DNA from: Octopus vulgaris
Lineage: Eukaryota
NCBI GenBank assembly: GCA_951406725.2
Contig: OX597835.1
Location: 49,290,001-49,354,000, forward strand
Reading direction: 5' to 3'
Length of the DNA stretch: 64,000 nt
The translations under genes and the position numbers were made by a program. The notes under the pieces were generated by a model that had not been told where the DNA came from, made no database searches, and saw nothing but the letters and a program-made list of their open reading frames with translations. Positions 1 through 13,995 of the stretch are shown piece after piece. The first letter of the stretch is position 1. The number at the start of each line of letters is the position of its first letter.

Positions 1-981
1 TGTTTTTCTATGAAATTCGTTCTCAAGGTATTGTTTGGCCGGGACTATAGTTGAAGACACGTGCTCTAGGTGCCGTGCAGTGGGTTCGAACTCAAAACCA
101 CGGGGTCACGAAGCAAACTTCACAGTCACACACACGCTCTCTCTTTCTGTTTCTCTCTCTCTCTTTCTCTCACTTTCTCTCTCTCTCTCACACACACACA
201 CACAAGTGTCTGCGTGTGCGTTTGTTTGTCTGCCGCCACCACCTAACTGCCTGTGTTGGCGTGTTTACATCTCCGTAACTTAGCGGTTCACCAAAGGAGC
301 CTGATCGAATAATAAGTGTCAGACCTAAACAAACAAAAAGAGTAAGAAGTACTTGGGTCGATCTTTCCTGTCAAAAACTCTTCAAGGTGGTGCCCCAGAA
401 TGGCCGCAATCTAATGACTGAAACTAGAAGAAAAGAGAAATGCTAAAAGGTTTAATGAATGTGTGGTGTTCATTCATTTCCCAAGGGTAAATTCTCTGGT
501 GTCAAAGATGCTCTCAAGAGAAAGCGTAACACTTTTGTGCATCATTCTTTCGGCATTTTTAAGTGGCTGAGTTTGGAGGAAGGTCAGTGGCCACCACCTT
601 TGAATGCGTCAACACCTGCAGGGAAGACAGAAGGCTAGTCATCAGGTGAAAGAAGAACTGGACATAGAAATGTAGACAGAATAAGGCAGACAAAATGGGG
701 TGGGGGAGATGAGTGGGTCGGGGGAGTGGCTGAAGGATGGAGACACGAAACCAGCTGACCTTCAAGGAACTGATGTCATTTGAAAGATGAAGAAGAAGGA
801 GTATAAAAGAATGTAATGAGGCGTTGTTGTGGGGGTCAGGGGGGCTCCCTTCCCGACCCCATCAGGTCTTGGATTCAGTCCCATTGCACAGCATCTGGCT
901 CAGATGTCTTCTACAATCGCCTCAAACTGACCAAGGCCTTGTCAGTGGATTTGGCACACGGAAACTGAAAGAAGACCTTCG

Positions 982-1365
982 TGTGCGGTAAGAAGCTTGC
1001 TTCCCAACAACATGATTCCGGGTTCAGTCCCACTGCGTGGAACCTTCGGCAAGTGTCTTCTACTATAGCTGTGGGCCGACCAAAGCACTGAGAGTGGATT
1101 TGGTGGACGGAAACTGAAACAAGCCCACCGAATGTGTATATGTGTGTCTTTGTTCGTCCCTCACCACCACCACTGCTTAACAACTGATGTTGGTTTGTTT
1201 ACGTCCCTGTGATTTGGCAGTTAGGTAAAAAGAACAGAAGGCCTTTAGAATAACTACTGAATTTTTATAAAGGATCACTGGGGTCAGTTTGTTTGACTAA
1301 ACCATTTAAGGCGACAACCCAGCATGGCTGCAATCCAATGATCGAAACAAGTAAAAGATAAAAGT
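982..1365 (+). mobile_element. SINE family A (tRNA-like head, ccttgggcaagtgtctt body, internal microsatellite slot), diverged
   Basis: Shares head ggtaagaagcttgcttcccaac..ggttcagtcccactgcgtgg and tail ccagcatggc..gaaacaagtaaaaga with about 20 other copies in the window. A further truncated head lies at ~868-980. Confidence 0.75.
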
Positions 1366-1406
1366 TCCATAGAAACAAAGTGTTTTCATATCATTTCACA
1401 TCCGTA

Positions 1407-1559
1407 GTGCAAACGTGGCTGTGTGGAAAGAAGTTTGCTTCCCAACCACATGCTTCCGGGTTCAGTCCCATTGCGTGGTACTGATGCCTTCTACTATAGC
1501 CTCGGGCCGACCAAGGCCTTGTGGGTAGATTTGGTAGATGGAAACTGAAAGAACGCCGT

Positions 1560-1599
<40 letters not shown>

Positions 1600-2740
1600 T
1601 GTGTGTGTTTTTATGTATTTATGTATGTATATATACACATACACAGGGTGCGGTGAATAAATTGTCGTCTAAATTACGCAAAATAAAAATATCACTCTCT
1701 TCTCATTTTAACAGATTTATTTACAAAAATTACATAAAAATATCTTGAAATACTAAAGAGTAACTTTATTCAATAAAATCGCCATTGGCTTCAACCACGG
1801 CCTCCAGACGACTTCCAAATCTCCTGCAACTCTTCTGGACGGTCTCCTTGTTTAAGTTGGGGAATGCCGCCATAATCCTTGCTTTTAGTTCATCTTTGGT
1901 GTTACAAGGAGTTTTGTTGGTCTCTCGCTCAATTGTACCTCACACATAATAATCAAGAAGGTTGCAGTCTGGGGAGTTATGTGGCCAAATGTTAAGGGTG
2001 ATGTGGTCGCAGAAATTGTCTGACAGCCATGACTGGGTTTTTCAGCTTGAGTGTCTCGGTGCAGAGTCCTACTGGTAGACATAGGGTATTTCAGCAGCCA
2101 CCCTCTTGACTCAGGGTAGCATTACTTTCTCTAGGCACTTGATGTAGGCCTGTGTTGAGTCTGAGACCGTGTGGGAAGACGAATGGAGGCATAACATCGC
2201 CATCACTAGCGATCACTCTAAACACCATGATGTTGAATGGATGTTTAATTTTTATCACTCTCCGTACATGTCCTCAGATTGACACCCAAACATTTTGAAA
2301 TGTTTGTATTAGGGCTTCCGGCGCGAATGCCAAGCAGTACAGCATGTCGTTTCCAAATTTCTGGCTGAGTGAATTGCATCATGGTGATGTGTTATTCTCA
2401 GACGGTTCCCGACTGACCCTACTATACTGTGTAGTCGACAAAATCAAAAACAATGCACCTGCGTGAAATTAAAAATATAAAATGGTGACAATTTACCCAT
2501 CGCACCACGTGTGTGTATGTGTATGTGTGTGTGTGTTTGTCCCCCCCCCCGCCACCGCTTGACAACCGATGTTGATATGTTTTCGTCCTGCAAACTAGCG
2601 GTTCAGCAATAGTTGCCGATAAAGTAAGTACCAGGCTTTAAAGAAAATTAAGTACTAGGGTCAATTCATTCGACTAAATATTCTTCAAGGCCCCAGAATG
2701 GCCGCAGTCCAACGACTGGAACAAACTAAAGATGGAAGAT
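1407..2740 (+). mobile_element. SINE family A split by the DD37D transposon
   Basis: Head half at 1407-1560 and tail half at 2510-2740; the transposon (1644-2509) sits in the internal microsatellite. Confidence 0.8.
1644..2509 (-). mobile_element. Internally deleted Tc1/mariner-superfamily DD37D (maT) transposon
   Basis: Degenerate ~26-bp TIRs (cagggtgcggtgaataaattgtcgtc and revcomp cgtggtgcgatgggtaaattgtcacc). Minus strand reads YQ*DSAPRHSS*KTQSWLSDNFCDHITLNIWPHNSPDCNLLDYYV*GTIERETNKTPCNTKDELKARI...EAVVEANGDFIE*, with 37 residues between the 2nd and 3rd catalytic Asp and several stops. Confidence 0.88.
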
Positions 2741-2945
2741 TGAAGTTCCATGTCAGTCACTTCTCTTTCTCTCCTTTATCGTCTCTTTCTCTTTCCCTTT
2801 CTTATTTTTCTTTGTTCTTCGGTTTTTACGAAAACGCAGTAAGTTTAGCGTAGATAATATTCCTCTGGGATGAAACTTGGATTATGAAAGATTATAACCT
2901 TTCGCTTCCAGAGCACACAGTAAATCTTCGAGGCTTAGCCTAGAG

Positions 2946-3311
2946 CAGGGCTTCTCAACCACTTTTTATCTATGGACTCCTTTGATTACTATTTTATTCT
3001 GGTGGAATCCCCCCCCCTCACCACCATATCCATTCGATGTTTAAAAGCTTGTTTTATTGAAATGTCTTTAAAAATTCCTATTTTCTGTTTCGCATATTAA
3101 CTTATGTAGATTGAACAACGCAAAATGTCAGAGAAAGAAACCCACCCGTTTCTTGCAATAAATAACAATGCATACATCTAAAGCAACATTTTTTTTTCAG
3201 GGACCCTTAAAATACTCTAATGGATCCCCAATTTACTATTTTATTGCATGGACCCCCACAAATTTCATATGGATCCTCAGGGGCCATATGAACCCCGGTT
3301 GAGAACCACTG
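2946..3311. mobile_element. Non-autonomous hAT (Charlie-like) MITE
   Basis: TIRs cagggcttctcaacc and ggttgagaaccactg (revcomp cagtggttctcaacc). Flanking 8-mers gcctagag/gtctggaa look like a decayed TSD of the NTCTAGAN type. Subterminal atggacccc-like repeats. Confidence 0.75.
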
Positions 3312-3867
3312 GTCTGGAAGAAAGAAAAATAGTACCTTCGAAGCCCGGAATCATCGCATTCCTTGGCAGAACGAGACAACGGGGGAACCTGTCTCGGTTG
3401 ATTGCACAACTTAATAACATTACCCAAGTCGCGTGTGCGAGTAGCTACAGACACTACCGAAATATATTCTGATCGAAATATGCGAAACGGGGGATCTTTT
3501 CACAAGTTATCTAACGGGACACATCTGCACTGATAATGCACCGCAACTACTTGTACATCATTTCACCCTCGAGGCACCGCTGCACAATGGGTCGAAATGA
3601 TCGTAGTGGATAATAATCTCGTGAATTCTGATTTCTTTCTCTCGGATGTTATAGTATGTACGCACGTGATGGAATTCATGATCTAAATATAATGGCAATA
3701 AATCCATCACTTGTGATGACATTACGTCGTCGAATACACTGTAAGGGCTTCAAACGACATACGACAAGGTTTATGACCAGTTTGGATATGCAGATTTAAA
3801 ATTATGACTCATAATCTCACGATCATGAGCCCGACCACTGAGCTATGCACCTTCACGTGCGTGTGTG

Positions 3868-4206
3868 TGAAGGCGCATGGTGCAGTGGTTAGAGGGTCGG
3901 GCTCACAATCATGATCTAGTGAGTTCGATACTCGAACCGGGCTGTGTGTTGTGTTCTTGAGCAAGACACTTTATTTCGCGTTGCTCCAGTTCACTCAGCT
4001 GTGAAAATGAGTTGCGACGTCACATGTGCCTAGCTGTGTCGGTCCCTTTGCCTTCCCCTTGCTTAACATCGGTGGCCTGGAGAGGGGAGGCATGGCCGAC
4101 TGGTGGTCTTCCATAAACAACATTGCCTGGGCTTGTCCCTTCGAGAAGAACTTTCTAGATGCAATCCCATGGTCATTCATGACCGAAGGGGGTCTTTACC
4201 CTTTTT
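3868..4206 (+). mobile_element. SINE family D (tRNA head, gtgttcttgagcaagacactt central domain)
   Basis: A/B-box head gaaggcgcatggtgcagtggttag..gagttcgatac; central domain shared with 7190-7435. Confidence 0.72.
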
Positions 4207-4264
4207 ATATTCACACACAGCACACATACATAATCTCATAATGCGGTAAGATGCTTTACCTGAT

Positions 4265-4347
<83 letters not shown>

Positions 4348-4411
4348 TACATACACACACACAAACTCAGGAAAGCAACACTTGCCTGTGTTCGTGTACG
4401 TTAGAGCGCGC

Positions 4412-4457
<46 letters not shown>

Positions 4458-4623
4458 AAAATAAGTTCAATTCGCTCCGGAATTGTCAATGACATGCTTC
4501 AATTTTTCTAAAATTGATTAAAATAAATGAAATAATGATGAATACCCTGAATACCCTGAATACCCCACGTTCTTGCACACGACGAACAAAATGAATAATT
4601 ATAATAATAACAATAATAATAAC

Positions 4624-4682
<59 letters not shown>

Positions 4683-5083
4683 TAATAATAATAATAATGT
4701 AGATGGCAGTTTGGTTGAAGAGTCCACTTTGAAACTACATGGACTCGGGTTCAATTTCACTGTATATCACTTTGACCCCAGCGTTTCTCAGATACCTTTG
4801 GCCGACTTAACCCCTTTTCAGTGGATTGGGTAGACAGAAACTAAAGGAAAATCATGTGTGTGTGTGTGTTTCAACCGGAATTGGTTTGTTTACGTTCCCG
4901 TAATCTGGCGCTTCAGCAACACTGGACGGGACGATAAATATCACACATCGAAAATAAGTAAAGTGATCGATTTGATTGACTGAAACCCTTCAAGGCCCCA
5001 GCCCGAATATGACCTCTGTCCGTTGAGTGGAACTAGGTTGCGTAGATATAGAGGTAAAGTGGAGAGATAGATCGATTCATATA

Positions 5084-5115
<32 letters not shown>

Positions 5116-5207
5116 CATATATATACATATATATATATACATATGCAGGTGCAAATTGATACAGAATTGTCAGCACCTGAATCAATCAAGCCACCAATGT
5201 ATGCATG

Positions 5208-5255
<48 letters not shown>

Positions 5256-5319
5256 TCTCTCTCTCTCTATATATATATATATATGTATGTATATGTATGT
5301 AAAAGTAAAAAAATATGCA

Positions 5320-5474
5320 AAGGCACGGCTGTGTGGTAAGACGCTTGCTTACCAACCACATGGTTCCGGATTCAGTCCCACTGCCTGGCACCTTGAGCAA
5401 GTGTCTTCTGCTATAGCCTCGGGCCGACCAAAGTCGTGTGAGGGGATTTGGTAGACGGAAACTGAAAGAAGCCC

Positions 5475-5520
<46 letters not shown>

Positions 5521-5730
5521 GTTCTGTGTTTGACCACCCACTATCGCTTTACAAACGATGTTGGTGTGTTTACGTCCCCGTAACTTAGCGGTTCGGCAAA
5601 AGAGACCGATAGAATAAGTAGTAGGCTTACAAATAATAAGTCTGGGGCTGATTTGTACGACTAAAGGCGGTGCTCCAGCATGGCCGCAGTCAAATGACTG
5701 AAACAAGTAAAATAGTAAAAGAAAGAAAAG
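5320..5730 (+). mobile_element. SINE family A, full length
   Basis: A-box-like ggctgtgtggtaag, B-box-like gattcagtccc, internal (TA)n, tail ggcggtgctccagcatggccgcagtcaaatgactgaaacaagtaaaa. Confidence 0.85.
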
Positions 5731-5885
5731 AATATATACATAAACATATATATATATTTATGGATGAATGGATGGATGGATAAACACACACACATATATA
5801 TATATATATATACATGTGGAGAGAGATAGATAGTTATACATGCATATAAATATATATATATATATAAATATATACACACACACAC

Positions 5886-5936
<51 letters not shown>

Positions 5937-5951
5937 GTATACATACATACA

Positions 5952-5987
<36 letters not shown>

Positions 5988-6049
5988 TTTATATATATAT
6001 ATTACATATGGATATATATACATATAATACACATACATTATACACTCAC

Positions 6050-6090
<41 letters not shown>

Positions 6091-6357
6091 CATACATATA
6101 TACATCACGATATTGAATATAGCGCCATTTCTTCTTCTTCTTCTTCTTCTTCTTCTATTGTGGACGCTATTCTCATAGAAATCGCAGTCATTGAGTGCAA
6201 GTAATGATCAGAAGTGACTTTAATTATTATTTGTTTAATTAAATCATTATTTATGATATAGAAATACTGGAGTGTCACAAAGCGTTTACTTTCACCCACC
6301 CTATGTACCCACCTATCTAAATCGCCCCCCGCTCTCTCCCCACATTCCTTCTCTGAC

Positions 6358-6427
<70 letters not shown>

Positions 6428-6433
6428 GTATAC

Positions 6434-6470
<37 letters not shown>

Positions 6471-6533
6471 GAAACGTGACAATGTGGCTAAGTTGGAATG
6501 TCCTTAATTAATATTGTCTTTTATCTATCTATG

Positions 6534-6598
<65 letters not shown>

Positions 6599-6616
6599 AC
6601 ACATACACACGCGCAT

Positions 6617-6790
6617 GGGCGCAGGTGTGGCCGTGGGGTAAGACGCTTGTTTCCCAATTACATGCCTCGGGTAACAGTGCCACCGCGTGGCACACTGTGT
6701 AGGTATCTTCTACAATAGCCTCGGGCCAGCCAAACCCGTTTCCGTACATTTGGTTGACGGAAAAGGAAAGATATCCGTCAGCTGTATATG

Positions 6791-6830
<40 letters not shown>

Positions 6831-7030
6831 TTTGTCTGAGTGTGCGCGCGCTCGCACTCGTGTGTGTCTGTATCTGTGTTTGTCCCCCACCACCGGTGTT
6901 GCTGTGTTTATGTCCACGTAACATAGCGCTTCGCCAAAAGAAAACGCTAGAATAAGTCTCACACTATAACGAATAAGTCGTTTCGTTCAACTAAAATTCT
7001 TCAAGGTGGTGCCCCAGTCTGGCCGTAAAC
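6617..7030 (+). mobile_element. SINE family A, diverged
   Basis: Collinear with the 5320-5730 copy. Confidence 0.7.
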
Positions 7031-7189
7031 AGAAAATGCTTATAAATCAAATTTGACGAACATTTGCACACTCACGCGCGCACACACACAATACACACTC
7101 ACACAGATACACACGAAGATGTGTGCATGTTTATGAACCTGTGTGTGTATGATGGGCTTCTTACAGTTTCCATCAACCAATTTCGCCTA

Positions 7190-7435
7190 CCTCTAACGTC
7201 ATGCAGTGAGAAGGAATCAACAGCTGGGCACTCCAAAGCAAGGAGAGCCTTAAAGAAAGTGAGAAGGCTGGCCCCTTTTGAATTACAAGTACAAATCATT
7301 TCTATCAGTTGAGTGGACTGGAGCAACGTGAAATAAAGAGTCTTGCTCAAGGACACAACGTAGGTCCAAGATTCGAACTCACAACTTCGCGATCGCGAAC
7401 CGAATGCACTAACCACTCAGCTACGCGCCTTCACT
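7190..7435 (-). mobile_element. SINE family D variant
   Basis: Revcomp head gtgaaggcgcgtagctgagtggttag..gagttcgaatc, then gtgtccttgagcaagactctttatttcacgttgctccagtccactca. Confidence 0.7.
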
Positions 7436-7800
7436 TCATACATGCCTATGTTTTTTTTACTTTTTAAAATTTTTGTGCAAACAACTTGCAGATGCAAGTG
7501 CCACCAGTTGAAAGCTCTGCACATCTGGATGCTAGCAAGTTTACAGGGTCATCAGGAGGGAATGCGCGCCGTCACGGGTCCTTCCCCTCGACGGCATCAT
7601 TGCGCACCGGTCCCCTCACTACTAGATCAACTGGTCACTAGGTTTCGCTCAATATTCCTCCGGCCATTGTCCATCGTCTCCTTACAATGACTGGCCTTCT
7701 CCTCTTACACACATATAGCTACACGCACAAGCACACACATACGCGTACGCACAATATGCATGCACATACACACATAAACATATTTATACAAATCCATACA

Positions 7801-7851
<51 letters not shown>

Positions 7852-7859
7852 TTAATTTT

Positions 7860-8140
7860 TTATCTTCAACCATTAGACTGTGGCCATGCTGGGGCATCGC
7901 CTCGAGGTCGAAGGAAACAGCCTCAGGACTTGCTATTTTTTAAAATTTGGTACTTATTCATTCGACCTCGCTTTGTTACGAGGACATAAACACACCAACA
8001 CTGGTTGTTAAGCGTGTTAAGGGGTAGACAGATAGACAGACGCACACACACATAACGACGGGCTTCTTTCAGTTTCCGTTTGCCATATCCACCTACGAGG
8101 CTTTGTCGGTCCGGTGCTATGCTTGTAGACACTTGCCCAA
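7860..8140 (-). mobile_element. SINE family A, 5'-truncated
   Basis: Reverse complement of the family A tail and body; stops at gacacttgcccaagg. Confidence 0.7.
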
Positions 8141-8299
8141 GGGAAGAAAGGAAGGAAGGAAGGAAGGAAGGAAGGAAGAAGCACTGAACGCATTTAAAAG
8201 GGGTTACATATATTATTCGACGCGGAGCCGAATCGAACAGTCACTAAATAATAATAACAATAAGGATAATAATAATAATGATGATGACGATGATGATGA

Positions 8300-8665
8300 T
8301 TTTTGCTATAGGTACAAGGCTTGGAATTTCGGAGAACGGGGCTAGTCGATTGCAAGGACCTCAGTACATGACTGGTACTTTATTTTATCGACGCTGAAAG
8401 GTTGAAAGACAAAGTGAACCCGGTGGAATTAGAACTCACAGCGTAAAGAAGGACAAAATACCTATTTCTTTACTACCCACCAGGGGCTAAACACAGAGAG
8501 GACAAACAAGGACAGACAAACGGTTTAAGTCGATTATATCGACCCCAGTGCGTAACTGGTACTTATTTAATCGACCCCGAAAGGATGTAAGGCAAAGTCG
8601 ACCTCGGCAGAATTTGAACTCAGAACGTAACGGCAGACGAAATACCGCTAAGCATTTCGCCCAGT
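8300..8665 (-). mobile_element. SINE family C (Meta-domain-like) composite: conserved unit 8463-8665 joined to a diverged unit 8300-8462
   Basis: Two copies of the gaggtcgactttgcctttcatcctttcggggtcgataaa..agtaccagt domain, which resembles the MetaSINE central domain by recall. Confidence 0.78.
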
Positions 8666-9383
8666 TCACTGCGTTAATAATAACAACAACAATAATAATA
8701 GTTATTATTATTATTATTATTATTACTATTACTATATATACATATATAAGCATACATATAGGTATATGTCTGTATGTGTATACACACGCGCGCGCGCGCG
8801 CGTATGTATGCACGTATGCCACTTTACCAAGGTGATATTTTCAAAAGTCGGTTTTGCAAATACAGGTGGATGAGGGCCAATACCTGGTGAATGGATATCT
8901 ATTTCCTCAGGTGGAGCCTCCTAATGAACCGGATACACGGATTTCCTCCCCCAGCGGAAAGAAAGCCATAATTGTCACTTGAGGCTTATGGACGGATTCC
9001 AAGATGGCCCAGATCGAACACCGCCGCAACGGCTTCAGCACCCCTCAAGCAATTCACCTACACAGTTTCCAGGCGTCTGATTTCATATATATATATATGT
9101 ATGTATATGTGTATGTGTGTGTGTGGTGGTGTTCATTCTGACGTATGAAAAGTGTCTTATGTGAATTACTTTTCACGGGTGTCAAGCCCTTGCGCGGTTC
9201 GATCTTATATACATATAAACACACATACATACATATACTCATGCATACACATTCTAATATACATACATGTAAACACATACACATAGTACTTATAAACATA
9301 CACATAGATATGCATACATTTAAATGAATGTGTATGCATATGTATACGCACATTACATATATACATATATACACATACACACG

Positions 9384-9440
<57 letters not shown>

Positions 9441-9514
9441 CACATATACATATATATGTACATATATATATGTATATATATACACATTTAATATATATAT
9501 ATGTGTGTGTGTGT

Positions 9515-9545
<31 letters not shown>

Positions 9546-9566
9546 ACACATATATATATATATTAA

Positions 9567-9605
<39 letters not shown>

Positions 9606-10369
9606 TATATATGTATATGTGTGTATGTATATATATATATATATCCATTTTTCGTATTATGGAGGAAAACTACTCATTTTATCTAAATCGAATTATAGCT
9701 CCACCCATCTTTCTCCATATAAGGCAAAGGTAACTTCTTCCTCTGGTCTATGGAACCTTTCACTCCTCCTACTCCTTCGCCTGCCTCTCTATACTTTACC
9801 TCCCTCTATTCATACTCCTACTCTTACTTCTCCTTCGTCTGACAGTTCATACCACGCCCTGACATCATTATAAATCACAATTTTCTTCCTCTCTTATATA
9901 TGTGTGTGTGTGTGCATATGCCAGTGTGTATGAGCAAGTGACTTAGACACGCCCAGAATCATAAAACAAGCTCCAGCCTTCCCTTCATCGCCTTCGCCGC
10001 GCCGCCACCACCCTCTCCTTTACAGCTTTAATGTTTTTCTCTCTTAACATCTCCCTCCTTCCACTCCTCTTTTGCTTCGAACATTACTACTCCAGTCAAA
10101 ATGCATACCTCCCGCTTCTCCTCACATTCATACCCCCTCATCCTTCCTCCTAATTCTTCGTCCGCCGCCGCTGCTTTCTCTCAGAAACAAACCGAAATGT
10201 TTCAAGTTTATTTTGTTTATTGTTTTTAATTCCACAACCTCCCCTTCGCTCACTCTCACTTCTACTCTTATCACACTCTTACCCTTTTGCATTGTATTTC
10301 CTCTTCCCCTTTCTTTCTCTCATCCGTTCTTCTCCTAACTGACCCGTGCCTCTCTTATTGCATTTTCCA

Positions 10370-10435
<66 letters not shown>

Positions 10436-11074
10436 TTTCTCTGTTCTCTCTTCCGATCCTATTTCTTCTCATCTCCCCCTCTCTCTTTACCTTTCTGTCT
10501 ATCAATTTATTTATCTACCAATCTTTCTACCAACTTACCTATCTAGCTAGTTACCTATCAGACTTTCTTTCTCTCTCTCTCTCTTCCTCCCACTCTCTCT
10601 TTCTTTCCCTCTCTCTCTCTCTCTCTCTCTGTATCTATTTACCTACCTTATCCACCTATCCATTTATCTATCTACCTTTCTATGTCAACATCCATCCCTC
10701 TAACTATTCCTTTATCTACCTGTGTCTATTTATCCATATCTTATGTATACTTATCTGTTTCTCTGTCTCTATTTCCAGCCATCCAACCATCCATCTATTT
10801 CTCTATTCATTCATTTCCCAATTTATAACTATATATATATATATCATTAAATCATATTCACTGTTGACGTTTCGATTTATCTAGAGGTCAAAACATTTAA
10901 TTTTCTCATTTTACCAAACTGCTGGCAAAATAAGTGTCGAGTGGTTTGGCTGTCTATCCAGGAGGAGCATTTGCATTTCATCCACTTTAGGAAATTGGAG
11001 TTAAACTCTGGAAAATTATAAAACGTCTTTATTTTCACTTCCCAGTTCCATGTGCGCTGTCTATGTGTGTGTGA

Positions 11075-11150
<76 letters not shown>

Positions 11151-11324
11151 GCATGCTGCGATGATGATCTACCATTTGTCGGAGTATAAATGGCCAACAA
11201 AAGCCAGAAGAAACATAATTTATTCAAAAAGTTAAGCTGAAAATTTAATGTTAACATAAACTTCAAAGTTACTGATTTCCCCGCCATAACGAATATATTG
11301 CTAATATTGCCTCATACAAAGGAA

Positions 11325-11545
11325 GCAAGATGGTGGAATCGTTAGCACACCGGGTGGGGGGAGGTGCTTTGCGGCATCTCGTCTGCCTGCCTTTGCGCAC
11401 TGAGTTCAATTTCCACCGAGGTCGACTTTGCCATTTACCGTTTTGTGCTCCATAAAATAAGTACCAATTGAAAACTGGGGTTGATGTAATCGACTTATCC
11501 CCTCACCCGAAATTGCTAGCCTTGTGCCAGAATTTTTAAACCAAC
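11325..11545 (+). mobile_element. SINE family C monomer, diverged
   Basis: gaatcgttagcac..gagttcaatttccaccgaggtcgactttgcc..taaaataagtacc. Similar monomers at ~26575-26700 (-), 33255-33450 (+), 34105-34320 (+) and 46030-46212 (-). Confidence 0.72.
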
Positions 11546-11936
11546 CCCAAACAGAAAAACCAAACAAAATTCTTGAGTAAATTGTAAGAACTCAAACCAT
11601 CCAACCTTGCTCTTAAAGAATCGACACAAAACATTCATCTCGGGATATTTGGGATTTTGTACGATGAAGGTTTCTGTATTTATTTTGTTTGTTTGTTTCA
11701 CAATGCGACAAGATTATAAGGAAACTGTCAGTAAGCGTCTTTAACTCACGCAACGCCAGAAAATTCCTACATCCGCTAATCCCAATACATCCGATAATAC
11801 AATAAGCGTATATATTTCCAGAACCTTCTTCTTTGTCAAAAAAAGGGGTCGAAGTTCGCTATTCTATCGTTTCGAACTTCCCTGAATCCATGCCGAATAC
11901 TAATCAACAAAAACAAAGCCAATCCTCTCAATATAT

Positions 11937-12345
11937 AGGCGTCGGAGTGGCTGTGTGGTAAGACGCTTGCTTCCCAGTCACACGGTTCCGGGTTCGCTAC
12001 CACTGCCTAGAACCTTAAACAAGTATCTTCTTTAGCCTCGGGTCACCCAACCACCTTGTGAGTAGATTTGGTACACGGAAACTGAAAGAAGCCCGTCAAA
12101 TATATGTGTGTCTTTGTATCTATATTTGTCCCTCCTCCCACCACCTGACAACCGGTGTTGGTGTATTTACGTCCGCGTAACTTCGGTAAAAGAACCCAAT
12201 AGAATAAGTGCAAAAGGGACCAATGAGTACCAAGCTTCAGAATATATTTAAGCACAAGGATCGATTCATTCGACTAAGAATTCTTCAAGTCGGTGCTCCA
12301 GCATTGCCGCAGTCAAATGACTGAAACAGGTACAAGTTAAAAGAT
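11937..12345 (+). mobile_element. SINE family A
   Basis: Head ggcgtcggagtggctgtgtggtaag through tail gtcaaatgactgaaacag. Confidence 0.78.
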
Positions 12346-13470
12346 CCTTTGACTCTAACATCTCACTAAGGCATTACATAAACCCACCCCTGTGTGCCCT
12401 CCACAGTGGATACCTAACAAGTTCTCTCGTATATAATGCTGATGTGCTACCGACAGCTACACGAACAATCAAACATTGTATTGACTGAACTGCCAACTCG
12501 TTTAAATTACGATACCACCACCATACACATGGACGGCGAAATTCAGCCAGATGATTGTCAACACTCAATCAAGGTATATTTGGGATGTGGAGGCACAAAC
12601 ATGAATTTTATCGTCAACTGGTAAAAATTTTGGAATACCACCAACTTTGGAAATTCTGCGACATTATGTAGCAGTGAAAACTTAGCTTTCTATAGATTTA
12701 CATCATCGAATTTATAGAAGAAGAGGAGCCCAATACGTTGACTTATTCACTTAATTACACTCGGCCTATTTTCATATTTTCATCACACCCAACATTCCTC
12801 AAGGGAACTCAACCCCGAGAGTATTGTGACCTATAAACTCTAAGCCATACCACAACACACGCACGCACGCACACACACACGCACACACACACACATAAAC
12901 TTGTACAAATTCAACACATCATCTTTTGCACATAGGCTCCACCGCGTCCTCCGATTTATTCCTTCCCGGTTCTCGCCGCCCACCCTCCCATACTAGTCCG
13001 ACAATATGTAGCACTCGGTAGTTCACATCTTATTGCTCTTTTCCGAAGTAGACTAATATCGACAAATCAAATCATTTTTTATTTCATAATCGATTTTCCT
13101 AAAAAAAAAAAAAACATCTTTTTTCAAGTGCAATAAGTGAGTTCTGCCAGGTTTTACTACAGCCTAACCCATTAAAACGGGTAACTCCGAGTGTTGCTAG
13201 TAAACACGAGGCTTTCTTTAAATGTGGTACTCTCTTAAGCTTTGTAATGAGTTCTTTGTACGCGTGCTTGTATAGACCATATATAGTCACTCACTGATTG
13301 TGTGTGTCTGTGTTTTTGAGTCACAGAGGTCTTATGGCAGATACTCTGAGGTCCTAAAGCTTCTCGTTAGATTTTTACCATCCATGATGGTGCTCCATCA
13401 TGGTCACACTTCAGAGGCTGCAACAAAGGAAACATTATATATATACACACATATACACACACGTGTGTGT

Positions 13471-13995
<525 letters not shown>

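Noticed and set aside
540-650. Minus-strand CUGAUGA with a distant GAAA
   Set aside because: No convincing stem II or stem I.
12380-12760. Complex unique sequence with short ORFs
   Set aside because: No recognisable protein motif or splice pattern; left unassigned.
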